Part shown: positions 18,706-28,336 of the stretch, piece by piece | Numbering within the stretch: the stretch's first letter is position 1 | Layout: every line of letters begins with the position of its first letter | NCBI GenBank assembly: GCA_964403785.1 | Contig: CAYOHM010000001.1 | Span: 1-60,485 of the forward strand | Source of the DNA: an uncultured Alistipes sp. | GTDB lineage: Bacteria; Bacillota; Clostridia; Lachnospirales; Lachnospiraceae | Reading direction: 5' to 3' | Length of the DNA stretch: 60,485 nucleotides | Notes under the pieces: generated by a model | The model's database searches: none | What the model was told of the DNA's origin: nothing | Seen by the model: the letters and a program-made list of their open reading frames with translations, nothing else | Program-made: the position numbers and the translations under genes

Positions 18706-20073
18706 CTAGCAGCCACGCATTTGAATTACGGGTCCGCCTTTTTTCTCAATATAATCGGAGGTTATGATTACCCGCCCTATATCAGGGTCCTTCGGAATCT
18801 CATACATAATATCAAGCATATATTCCTCAATAATCGCTCTTAACGCTCTTGCACCTGTCTTCTTTTCAAGGGCTTTCTTGGCAATGGCTCTCAATGCATC
18901 ATCTTCAAAGCAAAGCTCAACCCCGTCCATATCCAGAAGCTTTTTGTACTGCTTTGTAATTGCATTTTTAGGCTTGCAAAGAACCGACATAAGCATTTCT
19001 TCGGTCATTTCACTCAATGTAAATACAATAGGAAGTCTTCCGATAAACTCCGGAATAAATCCAAATTCTCTCAAATCCTCAGCAGTAACCATGGATATAA
19101 GGTCCTCACCGTCATATTTGTCCTTAAGGTCGGCATTAAAGCCCATTGAAGTAGTTTTACTGATTCTTGAACGTATGATTTCCTCAAGGTCCGGGAATGC
19201 ACCGCCGCAAATAAATAAAATATTCTGTGTATCTACGGACACAAGGGGAACCATGGCATTTTTGCTGTTAGAGCCGACAGGAACCTCAACCACGCTTCCT
19301 TCAAGCAGCTTTAAAAGTCCCTGCTGTACGGATTCGCCATTTACATCACGGGTTGTTGTGTTTTTCTTTCTTGCAAGCTTATCTATCTCATCAATAAATA
19401 TAATTCCATGTTCCGCTTTTTCTACATCATTATCCGCCTCAGCAAGAAGCTTTGACACTACAGACTCTATATCATCACCGATATAGCCTGCCTCTGTAAG
19501 TGATGTCGCATCTGCAATGGCAAGCGGCACATTAAGCAGCTTTGCAAGGGTTTTTACAAGATATGTCTTGCCGCAGCCCGTAGGTCCTATCATAAGCATA
19601 TTGGATTTTTCAATTTCTATTTCATCCTTCTCGCCCAAAACTCTCTTATAGTGGTTATAAACACCGACCGAAATCACTTTCTTGGCATACTCCTGCCCCA
19701 CCACGTACTCATCAAGCTTTTCCTTTATCTTATGAGGCGCAGGTATCTCCTTAAGCGTCAGCTCAGGCAGCTCATCCCTATCATCTTTTTTTCTTTTCTT
19801 GATTTTCTGACTTTTAGGAACCTCATGGCTCATATCGCCAAAATTCAAAAAACCGATTCCCGGGAAATTATTATTCTTGAGTATATCGTCAAGATTAACA
19901 TTTCCTGACAAGGAATCAAAGGACCTTTGCATACAATCTGAACAAACATCCATATTACCCGGCAGACTGATTAATTTGCCGCATTTGCTTTCAGGTCTTC
20001 TGCATATATAACATACTTTTTCATATTCGTCATTATCCTGTTTTTCTTTATCAATACGATCCTGTTCTGACAT
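18706..20073 (-). CDS. clpX: ATP-dependent Clp protease ATP-binding subunit ClpX (paralog-like, not next to clpP)
   Basis: Zinc ribbon CYIC...CSDC, Walker A GPTGCGKT, pore loop GYIG, Walker B IIFIDEIDK, and an MGF loop in place of IGF. GGAGGTGC lies upstream of the ATG at 20073. The longer ORF-track start at 20142 would run through a terminator hairpin. Confidence 0.88.
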   Translation of the reverse strand: MSEQDRIDKEKQDNDEYEKVCYICRRPESKCGKLISLPGNMDVCSDCMQRSFDSLSGNVNLDDILKNNNFPGIGFLNFGDMSHEVPKSQKIKKRKKDDRDELPELTLKEIPAPHKIKEKLDEYVVGQEYAKKVISVGVYNHYKRVLGEKDEIEIEKSNMLMIGPTGCGKTYLVKTLAKLLNVPLAIADATSLTEAGYIGDDIESVVSKLLAEADNDVEKAEHGIIFIDEIDKLARKKNTTTRDVNGESVQQGLLKLLEGSVVEVPVGSNSKNAMVPLVSVDTQNILFICGGAFPDLEEIIRSRISKTTSMGFNADLKDKYDGEDLISMVTAEDLREFGFIPEFIGRLPIVFTLSEMTEEMLMSVLCKPKNAITKQYKKLLDMDGVELCFEDDALRAIAKKALEKKTGARALRAIIEEYMLDIMYEIPKDPDIGRVIITSDYIEKKGGPVIQMRGC

Positions 20074-20132
20074 AAAGCACCTCCGTATAAGCCTTTGTAT
20101 GATTATATACTTTTTGAGCCATAAAGTAAAGA

Positions 20133-20167
20133 AAGAGACCATTCCAATATTTGTATGAAATGGTCTC
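20133..20167 (-). terminator. Probable terminator after htrA
   Basis: 9-bp stem GAGACCATT (20135-20143) pairing with AATGGTCTC (20159-20167) around a 15-nt loop. A T-rich tract follows on the minus strand (TTTCTTTACTTTAT). Confidence 0.5.
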
Positions 20168-20212
20168 CTTCAAAAAGAAAAAGGGATAAATTATATATAG
20201 ATAATGCCGGTG

Positions 20213-21676
20213 TTAATTGGCACTTCTATTTCCTAAAACAAGCTCTACGCTCTCAAGCGTATATTCACCGTTAACCAGACGATAATACTCAAGCTTTACC
20301 GTTTCACCGGCCTCATAATATGTCATAAGCTCTTTGAGCTGGTCAAACGATTCTACTTCCTCTCCGTCAAAGGAAACAATAATATCGTTCTTTAAAAGTC
20401 CCGACTGTTCTGCAGGCGTACCATCCCCCACCTTTGTAATGAGGATACCTTCAGGCCATCCATAATTCTGGCTGATTGATGACGAAATATCCATTCCCGA
20501 TATTCCAAGATAACCTATCTTATCGTCATCCACCTTTTCACGTACAACCCTGTTCATAAGACTGTCTATAATATCTGCTACTGATGAAATAGGTATTGCA
20601 TAACCCATACCCTCTACTGATTCATCCGCATTCTTGGCAGAGGTTATTCCGATAAGCTGTCCGTCCGTATTAAGAAGTGCTCCTCCGCTGTTGCCCGGAT
20701 TGATTGCAGCATCAGTCATTATAAGATTATCATATTCCTTGCCTGAAATAGTAATTGTCCTGTCAAGTGCACTTATCCAGCCGACTGTTGATGAAACGCC
20801 CTCACCCAGCGCGTTACCTACTGCAACTACCGGCTGACCCATCATAAGATTATCTGAATCGCCTATTTCTATTATTGAAATCTTTGAAAATGTATCATCC
20901 GATATATCGCTTAGCTTTACTGCAATCACGGCGATATCCTTACTGCTCTTTGAGCCCTTAACTACTGCCTGTGCCTCGGTTTTATCCGGGAATATTACAG
21001 TGAGCGTATTTGTGTCATCCACAACATGTGCATTCGTTACCAGGAGAAGCTCCGTGTCATTCTGTCCGATTATTACGCCGGTACCTGAGACCTGAGATTC
21101 CGTTGTATAGCTTCCTCCAAAAAATGGGCTTACATTATAGCTCTGCGTCACGGTTCCCTGTATTTCCACCACCGATGCCGTTGCGCTGTTAACTATCTTG
21201 GACATATCCATAACTGCATATGTAGCAAGACTCGACGTACTATCCGTCTTATTTACAACAATACCGCTTGATTCGCCGGCTGTATCCGTCGTAATAGTCG
21301 TTTTACTGCCAAATACTTTATCTGCCGCATAATTTACTCCGTAAAAAACACAGCCCGCCACAAGTCCAAATGCAGCAGCCATACCGACAAATTTAACACC
21401 TTTGAAAAATCTACCGTTAGATTTCGGTTTTGCATCTATATACTCGGAAGCTGCCCTTGGCGCTTCACGTGTTTCTGTCACTTCCACATACTCTGTTTCT
21501 GCTTTTACCTGATCTGTTTCTTTTGAAGAGTCAGTGCTCTGCGTATTGTTTGAAATACTAAAATCATAAACTCTTTCCTTGGGTGTGCTCTGTTCCGATT
21601 CGTTTTCAGAACCGGCTTTTCCATCGCCCTCTAAAATATTTTTTTCTTCAAAACTATATTCGTCTGTATCAAACAT
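20213..21676 (-). CDS. htrA: HtrA/DegP-family trypsin-like serine protease with PDZ domain
   Basis: Membrane anchor, then TNAHVV (His), DIAVIAV (Asp), NPGNSGGALL (Ser) and a C-terminal PDZ-like domain. AAAGGAGA lies 8 nt upstream of the ATG at 21676, although the ORF is open from 21742. Confidence 0.88.
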   Translation of the reverse strand: MFDTDEYSFEEKNILEGDGKAGSENESEQSTPKERVYDFSISNNTQSTDSSKETDQVKAETEYVEVTETREAPRAASEYIDAKPKSNGRFFKGVKFVGMAAAFGLVAGCVFYGVNYAADKVFGSKTTITTDTAGESSGIVVNKTDSTSSLATYAVMDMSKIVNSATASVVEIQGTVTQSYNVSPFFGGSYTTESQVSGTGVIIGQNDTELLLVTNAHVVDDTNTLTVIFPDKTEAQAVVKGSKSSKDIAVIAVKLSDISDDTFSKISIIEIGDSDNLMMGQPVVAVGNALGEGVSSTVGWISALDRTITISGKEYDNLIMTDAAINPGNSGGALLNTDGQLIGITSAKNADESVEGMGYAIPISSVADIIDSLMNRVVREKVDDDKIGYLGISGMDISSSISQNYGWPEGILITKVGDGTPAEQSGLLKNDIIVSFDGEEVESFDQLKELMTYYEAGETVKLEYYRLVNGEYTLESVELVLGNRSAN

Positions 21677-21772
21677 TTTACATTTCTCCTTTCGTTTTGA
21701 TGTATTCATCTTAACAACAGATTGTGTACTATTTGTGTTCAATTTATGTGAATTTTGTGTTGAATTTTGATG

Positions 21773-21800
21773 AAAAAACGACAGGGTAGTCCACCCTGCC
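21773..21800 (-). terminator. Rho-independent terminator after the phosphohexomutase gene
   Basis: Read on the minus strand: GGCAGGGT-GGACT-ACCCTGTC followed by GTTTTTTCA. Confidence 0.75.
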
Positions 21801-21814
21801 GCAAAATAACCATT

Positions 21815-23542
21815 CTATTGTCCTACCGTCCTAAGTACAGCCTGCGTAAGCCCTGCAAGTCTGTTATCCGCGTCCTCGAAGCTGTCGCCCTTAACTCCCA
21901 TATAGAACTTTATCTTCGGCTCAGTTCCTGAAGGTCTTGCACAGCACCATGCAGAATCATCAAGTTCAAAGTACAGCACATTAGAATTAGGAAGTCCTGT
22001 TTCTTTTATCGAACTAGTTGAAAGGTCACGAATTTCATTATTCTTGTAATCCCTCACCCTCAATACCTTGTAACTGCCAAACTCTGCCGGAGGATTGCTT
22101 CTTAAATCATTCATTATCTGTGCAATCTTAGCTGTTCCTTCAACGCCCTTTAGGGTGACTGACCTTAGGTCCTCCTTGAAATATCCGTACTTTTCGTAGA
22201 TGTTAAGCATCTGCTCCCAAAGGCCCAAATTCTTGGATTTATAATACGCCGCCGCCTCACAAAGAGACATAACAGCTACAACTGCATCCTTATCCCTTGC
22301 ATGTGTACCGACAAGGCAGCCATAGCTTTCTTCAAAGCCGAAGCAATATTCATTTGAACCGCTTTGCTCAAATTGCTTAATCTTCTCGCCTATATACTTG
22401 AAGCCTGTAAGCACTTCAACAAGCTCCACATTATATTCCTTTGCCACGGCATCCGCCATATTGGTTGATACTATTGTCTTTACAAGAGCACCATTCTTTG
22501 GAATCATATTTTTTTGCTTCTTTTGTGAAAAAAGGTACTCCGCGATAAGCATTCCCGACATATTTCCGGTAAACGGCATATATTTGCCTGTTTTTGAATC
22601 CTTGGAATATACACCAAGTCTGTCTGCGTCCGGGTCCGTAGCCAGCACAATATCGGCATCAACCTTCTTGGCAAGCTCAAGTGCAAGTGCAAAAGCCTTC
22701 GGGTCCTCAGGATTTGGATAACTAACCGTTGAAAACTCCGAGTCAGGCTTTTCCTGCTGAGGTACTACAAACACATTTTCAAATCCAAGCTCTCTTAATA
22801 CTCTTCTTACCGGAACATTTCCTGTTCCGTGAAGCGGCGTGTATACAATCTTAAGCTCCTTGCCCTGCTCCTTAATCACCTCAGGATTAACAATCTGTGT
22901 CTTTAATGCCGCAATATATCTGTCATCCAGCTCATAACCGATTACATTGTAAAGCCCTGCAGCTCTTGCAGACTCCTCATCAGTTTCTTTGACCTCTTTC
23001 CAGTCAGTTACCGCCATAACCTCCGTTATAATCTGCTTATCCTTAGGCGGCGTAATCTGTGCGCCATCCTCCCAGTATACCTTATATCCGTTATATTCGG
23101 CAGGATTGTGGCTTGCCGTTATAACGATACCTGCAATACATCCAAGCTCTCTTACCGCAAAAGAAAGCATTGGTGTTGGCCGCAGGGATGGGAAGATATA
23201 TGTCTTAATTCCGTTTGCATTAAGACAAAGTGCAGCCTCCTTTGCAAATTCCAAGGACATTCTTCTCGAGTCATATGCAATTGCAACGCCCCTTGCAGCC
23301 GCATTTTCTTTATTTATAAAATTTGCAAGTCCCTGTGTTGCTTTCCTGACAGTGTAAATATTCATTCTATTGGTGCCGTTTCCGATTACACCACGAAGCC
23401 CGCCGGTACCAAATTCAAGGTCCCTGTAAAATCTGTCCTCTATTTCAGCCTCATTGTCCTCAATGGATTTGAGCTCATTTCTTGTTTCTTCATCGAAATA
23501 GTCATTATTGAGCCATTTTTCGTAATTTTCACGATATGACAT
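21815..23542 (-). CDS. pgcA: Phosphoglucomutase/phosphomannomutase, PgcA-type alpha-D-phosphohexomutase
   Basis: 575 aa. Active-site loop ITASHNPAEYNGYKVY, metal loop ATDPDADR and sugar loop GFEESYG. Confidence 0.88.
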   Translation of the reverse strand: MSYRENYEKWLNNDYFDEETRNELKSIEDNEAEIEDRFYRDLEFGTGGLRGVIGNGTNRMNIYTVRKATQGLANFINKENAAARGVAIAYDSRRMSLEFAKEAALCLNANGIKTYIFPSLRPTPMLSFAVRELGCIAGIVITASHNPAEYNGYKVYWEDGAQITPPKDKQIITEVMAVTDWKEVKETDEESARAAGLYNVIGYELDDRYIAALKTQIVNPEVIKEQGKELKIVYTPLHGTGNVPVRRVLRELGFENVFVVPQQEKPDSEFSTVSYPNPEDPKAFALALELAKKVDADIVLATDPDADRLGVYSKDSKTGKYMPFTGNMSGMLIAEYLFSQKKQKNMIPKNGALVKTIVSTNMADAVAKEYNVELVEVLTGFKYIGEKIKQFEQSGSNEYCFGFEESYGCLVGTHARDKDAVVAVMSLCEAAAYYKSKNLGLWEQMLNIYEKYGYFKEDLRSVTLKGVEGTAKIAQIMNDLRSNPPAEFGSYKVLRVRDYKNNEIRDLSTSSIKETGLPNSNVLYFELDDSAWCCARPSGTEPKIKFYMGVKGDSFEDADNRLAGLTQAVLRTVGQ

Positions 23543-23566
23543 CCTTATTCCTCCATACTGCCTGTT

Positions 23567-24799
23567 TTATTTTTTGGTAATCACAACCGCAACCACGTAC
23601 TCACCCGAAGGATTACAATTATTGGTACTGCCGACATAGAGCTTGACTGATTTATTGCCCTGTGTAAGACCCGACACATCAACACTGCAATTTATATCCG
23701 CAGCATTAATTTCCTCCAAATCTGATTTAAGACCTGAATAGGTAACTGTAATGCTGTCCCTCAAAAATGAATACTCATACTGCTCATTTGCATTTACCAG
23801 ATTAATATTCTTTGTTTCAATATCCAGAGTGCGCGTGACAACCTGTTGTACTTCAACAGTAACCTCTGCTGCCACCTCCGACATCACCTTTACAGTGCTC
23901 GGAATATAATGTCCCAGTCTTATTGAGAATACCTTGCTGCTGTCCAAATCAGAAACATCTATGAGCTCGGCAGGAACATCTATACTTTCTATTTCCGACA
24001 GTGCAGCCACCGTTCCGGCAATCGTAACTTCATCTATGGTACTTGTAATACCTGCAACCTTATAGCCGTCCCTGATGGTGCCTGTATATGCGTAGTTTAC
24101 CGGAACAGTTTTTTGAGCAAGTATAGGAACCTTAAGCTTAACTGTATCCTTGCTTAATACAAGATTGCTTGCATCAATCCTATTGCCGTCTTCATCATAT
24201 AATTTCAACGCCACATTATCAGTAATATCGAGGGATGCCCCCTCAACATCATATTCTGCCACAACATATGCTATTTTCTCAATTATGGATTCAGCCCCCG
24301 TAATCTTTACTGACATAGGCGAAACATCATAATCGCCGACAACATATCCGTCAGCAGGAGTTCCTGAAAAAACAGCACCTACATTCATTGTGATTGTTTC
24401 GCGGTTTTCAATGCTTAGCTTAACCGACGGAGTTCTTAACGTAATCGTCAAATCATCCGCGGATATTGTCGCCTTCGTGCAGACAACATCTATGTCAACA
24501 TAGTCCGATAACGGGCTTATCGTACTTAAATCAGCACTTGCATAAAAATCAGACGCCGTCAGATTATCTGTCTTGGAAATAGGCCCGTCAACAACGATTG
24601 TTATACTGCTGCCCTCAATGACATCGAAAGTATAGCCCAATTCTGTCAGAGTTTCCGCATTTATGATATTGACAGGTACACCATATATCGTCTTTGGTGT
24701 GGACGGATCAATAACATTAATTATCGTAATCCAAATCAAGAAAGCTACCATAACGGAAAGGAGCTTCAAGCCGAGATTATTTAGAAGTTTTTCTTTCAT
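23567..24799 (-). CDS. cdaR: YbbR-domain protein CdaR (regulator of diadenylate cyclase CdaA)
   Basis: N-terminal anchor LGLKLLSVMVAFLIWITIIN followed by four repeated beta-rich YbbR-like modules. It overlaps the cdaA 3' end by 23 nt. Confidence 0.85.
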   Translation of the reverse strand: MKEKLLNNLGLKLLSVMVAFLIWITIINVIDPSTPKTIYGVPVNIINAETLTELGYTFDVIEGSSITIVVDGPISKTDNLTASDFYASADLSTISPLSDYVDIDVVCTKATISADDLTITLRTPSVKLSIENRETITMNVGAVFSGTPADGYVVGDYDVSPMSVKITGAESIIEKIAYVVAEYDVEGASLDITDNVALKLYDEDGNRIDASNLVLSKDTVKLKVPILAQKTVPVNYAYTGTIRDGYKVAGITSTIDEVTIAGTVAALSEIESIDVPAELIDVSDLDSSKVFSIRLGHYIPSTVKVMSEVAAEVTVEVQQVVTRTLDIETKNINLVNANEQYEYSFLRDSITVTYSGLKSDLEEINAADINCSVDVSGLTQGNKSVKLYVGSTNNCNPSGEYVVAVVITKK

Positions 24800-25655
24800 T
24801 TCCCAACCTTCCTTTCCACAATTTGAATGATTTTACATCTATTGTCTTTTTCTGAACATACATAAGCTTGCTGCGAAGTGAATCTGCATCAACATTATGA
24901 AGAAGCTCTCCGCCCACTGCCAATGAAATTTTTCCGGTTTCCTCCGAGACAATAATCGTAAGGCTGTCAGAAACCTCACTGATTCCAACACCCGCCCTAT
25001 GCCTTGTGCCAAGAGCCTTGCTTAATTTGTTATTGTCGGAAAGCGGAAGATAACAGGTCGCCGAAACCACACGGTCTCCACGCACAATAACTGCACCGTC
25101 ATGAAGCGGCGTATTATGCTCAAAAATATTTATAAGGAGCTGACTTGAAACAACTGCATCAATATCAATTCCCGTTTTCTCATATTCACTTAAAACTACA
25201 TTCTGCTCAATAACAATCAGCGCACCTGTCTTGGCCTTTGCGAGCTCCACGCATGCCCTCACAAGCTCATCCACGGTTCTGTTGCTGAATCTCTCGCCCT
25301 TATCCTTACTGTCATCAAAAGGCAAAATACGCATAAAAATCTGCTGCTGGCCTAACTGTTCAAGAGCACGCCTCAACTCAGGCTGAAAAATTATTACAAT
25401 CGCGATAATGCCGACACTTAAAATATTACTTTCAATCCAAAGAATAGTTTTAAGATCAAAGATTACAACAAACAATGTGAACACGCCAAGAACAAGGATG
25501 CCCTTAAAAAGCATCCACGCTCTGGTATCCTTAATCCACACCAATACATAATACAATAAAATTGTAATAATCAATATTTCCACTATATCCGATACTGTTA
25601 TCTGTGGAACATACCAACCGGTTATTTTTTTGAATAATTCAGCAATCTTATCCAT
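24777..25655 (-). CDS. cdaA: Diadenylate cyclase CdaA (DisA_N/DAC domain)
   Basis: Three N-terminal TM helices, then GALIVIE, TPLHDGAVIV and LGTRHRAGVGISE. Confidence 0.92.
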   Translation of the reverse strand: MDKIAELFKKITGWYVPQITVSDIVEILIITILLYYVLVWIKDTRAWMLFKGILVLGVFTLFVVIFDLKTILWIESNILSVGIIAIVIIFQPELRRALEQLGQQQIFMRILPFDDSKDKGERFSNRTVDELVRACVELAKAKTGALIVIEQNVVLSEYEKTGIDIDAVVSSQLLINIFEHNTPLHDGAVIVRGDRVVSATCYLPLSDNNKLSKALGTRHRAGVGISEVSDSLTIIVSEETGKISLAVGGELLHNVDADSLRSKLMYVQKKTIDVKSFKLWKGRLGNERKTSK

Positions 25656-25680
25656 ATACTATTCCGCCTATAAAATCTGT

Positions 25681-26655
25681 TTAAAATTCAAATTCGTCTA
25701 TATCATCGCGTACCGTTCTGGTCTGCTTTGGCTGTGTGTTTATCTTCTTTACGCGTACATTTTTATTGTTGGTACTGTACTTAGGTACCGCCTTTACATA
25801 GTAATAATAAGTATCATCCTCAAACTGTACCTTCTCAGTCCCCTTGTAATCTACGCCAAAGAAAACCACATACATAATATAACCTATAATTATGGAGAAA
25901 ATAAGTCCAAGTAAAATTCCTAAAAATCCAATACTGGTTGAGAAAATAACATTGCCGACCATAAGCATCACAAAATCGGTAAGTGAGCCTGCAACAATCG
26001 CATAAATCCACGAATAGTCCACTGACAGCCTTCTTATCACATAGACAATTATAATCGTAAGTGCGAAGCTAAGTGCTATGAGAATTATTTCCTTGTTCAT
26101 TGCACCTGTGATAACCGTTTTGAAATTCTCGAAAATGTCCGTTTCTTCGGCTGCTACTGCAACTGCCAGCGCATATTCCTTGGAAAAATCAATAATATAG
26201 TAGAGAATAACACCGAATATAATCGGAATAACTGTAAAAACACCTGAAATAAGCCCTGCTGCAACCGGAAGCACATACGGCATCTTAAGCATACAGCACA
26301 GTATTGTAAGCGTAAACCATGCACTTTCCTTGGAGGTAAATCTAAAATAGAACAAATACATTACAAGACATATCAGTAATGTTACTACTGCCAGCTCCAT
26401 TGATAAGCCATAAAGCTGTGCTATGATTACAAGGGATACCAAAAGCACCGTTGCCCCGTTAGGCAGGAGAGCACACATAAAAGAAATAACAAAGACCACA
26501 AATAAATTGTCAAGGCTCTTCATATATCCCGTGCTTGAATTAACCATACAAATCGTAATAAATGCCAACAAAAACTTTATTATAGGATTTATGAATACAT
26601 CATTTTTCCCGTAGAAGCCTTTTAATTTTTCTTTAACTTGTAGAAGTCCTGACAT
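25681..26655 (-). CDS. Polytopic membrane protein, family not recognised
   Basis: 324 aa with about 8-9 hydrophobic helices and a basic/acidic tail. It ends 25 nt upstream of cdaA. I see no diagnostic motif. Confidence 0.6.
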   Translation of the reverse strand: MSGLLQVKEKLKGFYGKNDVFINPIIKFLLAFITICMVNSSTGYMKSLDNLFVVFVISFMCALLPNGATVLLVSLVIIAQLYGLSMELAVVTLLICLVMYLFYFRFTSKESAWFTLTILCCMLKMPYVLPVAAGLISGVFTVIPIIFGVILYYIIDFSKEYALAVAVAAEETDIFENFKTVITGAMNKEIILIALSFALTIIIVYVIRRLSVDYSWIYAIVAGSLTDFVMLMVGNVIFSTSIGFLGILLGLIFSIIIGYIMYVVFFGVDYKGTEKVQFEDDTYYYYVKAVPKYSTNNKNVRVKKINTQPKQTRTVRDDIDEFEF

Positions 26656-26671
26656 TAAAATATCCTCCAGC

Positions 26672-27076
26672 TTACTTATTAGTCATTTTCTGCAAATTCT
26701 TAAGACCTGCAAATTCATATTTTACTTTTTCAAATGATTTATTATACTTGTGATTATAAAAAACAAGAGAAACTACCAAAAAGAAAATAATCACATAAAC
26801 ATAATACTTTAACGCACCGGATGCATAGGTAAGTATATCCGTAACTGCCGTCTCGACCAGGAGCTCCTCCAGATGTCCCAGAACATAAATCGCCACCAGC
26901 AGCATATAGCCCAAGGTTGTTGTCAGGGCTGTATATACCATATGCAGAGTAATATAGTCCGCTTTAAAATTTCCGGCTGCAATATCAATTTCCTTGGCAT
27001 TATGCTTTTCAAATATAGCAATATCCGTCATCATCTTAATCTTTTTTTCATTTAACATTATTTGCCACGCTTTCAT
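26672..27076 (-). CDS. Small membrane protein (2-3 TM), family not recognised
   Basis: 134 aa, with a 16-nt gap to the next gene. The hydrophobic segments are TTTLGYMLLVAIYVLG and VYVIIFFLVVSLVFY. Confidence 0.5.
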   Translation of the reverse strand: MKAWQIMLNEKKIKMMTDIAIFEKHNAKEIDIAAGNFKADYITLHMVYTALTTTLGYMLLVAIYVLGHLEELLVETAVTDILTYASGALKYYVYVIIFFLVVSLVFYNHKYNKSFEKVKYEFAGLKNLQKMTNK

Positions 27077-27122
27077 TTTACAAAGGTTATTATATCATAA
27101 ATCAACCATAATGCACTATTTT

Positions 27123-28241
27123 TTAATTATATATAACAATCTGCGAATGTCCCGAATCACTTGGCACAACAACCCTGACCACCCTGCCGTCCGCACTCAT
27201 GGTCTGGTCCGTTGACGCTGTCATATATGTATTCCAAATACTTGACGCTGATTCCGGAAGAAGCACATTTAAGACTTCGGAAATTGCCGTGTCGAATCCG
27301 GCACTTCTCTCCTTTATATATATATGTGTCATATTGGATGATATTATTATTTCACCAAGGTATGTATTATTTTCCTGATATACATATGTATTATCCAAAT
27401 ATTTATCAAATCCATACTCCGGCAAATCTGCGGCAATCTGGGTACTTAAAATTTTAACGCCGTCATACTCCTGTGTAGTCTGAAGTACCTGAGCTGTTGT
27501 CGCCTGCGTCTTTGACGTTGCAGAATTTGACGCTGTTGTTGCTGTGTTTGATGAATTTGATGTTGTTGCAGATGTCTGTGCATTTGACGTTGTTGCAGCC
27601 GTACTTGACACATTTGATGCTGTTGTAGCCGTCTGTGCATTTGATGCCGTTGCAGACGTACCTGACGTATTTGCTGCTGTTGTCGGGGCATCACCTGTAT
27701 TTGACTGCGTTGTGTCCTGTGCAGATGCAGTTTCCCTGTCAACCGATGTGCCGGTCTGAGTTTCATTTGCCGAATCTCCCACAAACAAACTGTATGACGG
27801 CAGACTAAGCATTGAATTATTTTCATCCGCAACACACTCTATTGCAATGGAATCATATACGGACGCAAAATTAGCCGTAAGTGCAGCCACACCTACTCCA
27901 ACAGCCTGTAAATTTCCGTTTTCATCAATAGTAATTACATTCTGGTCACTGCTGTTCCAAATCACACCGCTTGTCGAGCCGCTTGGATAAATTGTAGCTG
28001 TAACCGTAACCTTTGTCCCCACCGGTATCATACAGCTCTCCATATTTATCTTTATCGAAAGCTGCTCTGTGGCAATCTCATCGCTAATCAGGTTGGGATT
28101 ATATCTTTCCTGTGTAGTTTTAGTTGTTCCCTTCATATATGCATAAAGGACCACAGCCAGTGTGACCATAGCCAATGCCAGAAATGTTATCAATATCGTA
28201 AGTATCGGTGATATACCCTTTTTCTTTGATTTCTTTGCCAT
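27123..28241 (-). CDS. Membrane-anchored Ig-like (Big_2) domain protein with a Thr/Ser/Ala/Asn-rich linker
   Basis: Basic N-terminus plus TM helix. The Big_2-like segment reads VTATIYPSGSTSGVIWNSSDQNVITIDENGNLQAVGVGVAALTA. A low-complexity region of about 100 aa follows, then a C-terminal domain I do not recognise. Confidence 0.7.
   Translation of the reverse strand: MAKKSKKKGISPILTILITFLALAMVTLAVVLYAYMKGTTKTTQERYNPNLISDEIATEQLSIKINMESCMIPVGTKVTVTATIYPSGSTSGVIWNSSDQNVITIDENGNLQAVGVGVAALTANFASVYDSIAIECVADENNSMLSLPSYSLFVGDSANETQTGTSVDRETASAQDTTQSNTGDAPTTAANTSGTSATASNAQTATTASNVSSTAATTSNAQTSATTSNSSNTATTASNSATSKTQATTAQVLQTTQEYDGVKILSTQIAADLPEYGFDKYLDNTYVYQENNTYLGEIIISSNMTHIYIKERSAGFDTAISEVLNVLLPESASSIWNTYMTASTDQTMSADGRVVRVVVPSDSGHSQIVIYN
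27471..27773 (-). repeat. Degenerate tandem repeats encoding the T/S/A/N-rich linker
   Basis: The unit TTTGA(C/T)G(C/T)TGTTG(C/T)AG recurs about every 30 nt on the plus strand. It translates on the minus strand to TSGTSATASNAQTATTASNVSSTAATTSNAQTSATTSNSSNTATTASNSATS. Confidence 0.8.
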
Positions 28242-28336
28242 TACATTTCTCCAATATAATAATTATTTATACTTGTTCCCCATATTTTATTGTATATTCA
28301 TAAATTCTTTCAGTCAATAACATTTTGCTCATCCAA

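Noticed and set aside
18764-19486. 240-aa Ser-rich plus-strand ORF
   Set aside because: It is antisense to the strongly supported clpX gene. The sequence is low-complexity with no motif or RBS, which is typical of a shadow ORF.
27446-27835. 129-aa Gln/Arg-rich ORF (QQQIRQVRLQRHQMHRRLQQ...) on the minus strand
   Set aside because: It is an alternative frame of the repeat tract inside the Big2 gene. Its composition simply mirrors the T/S/A/N repeat codons. It has no RBS, and the Big2 frame has recognisable domains on both sides.
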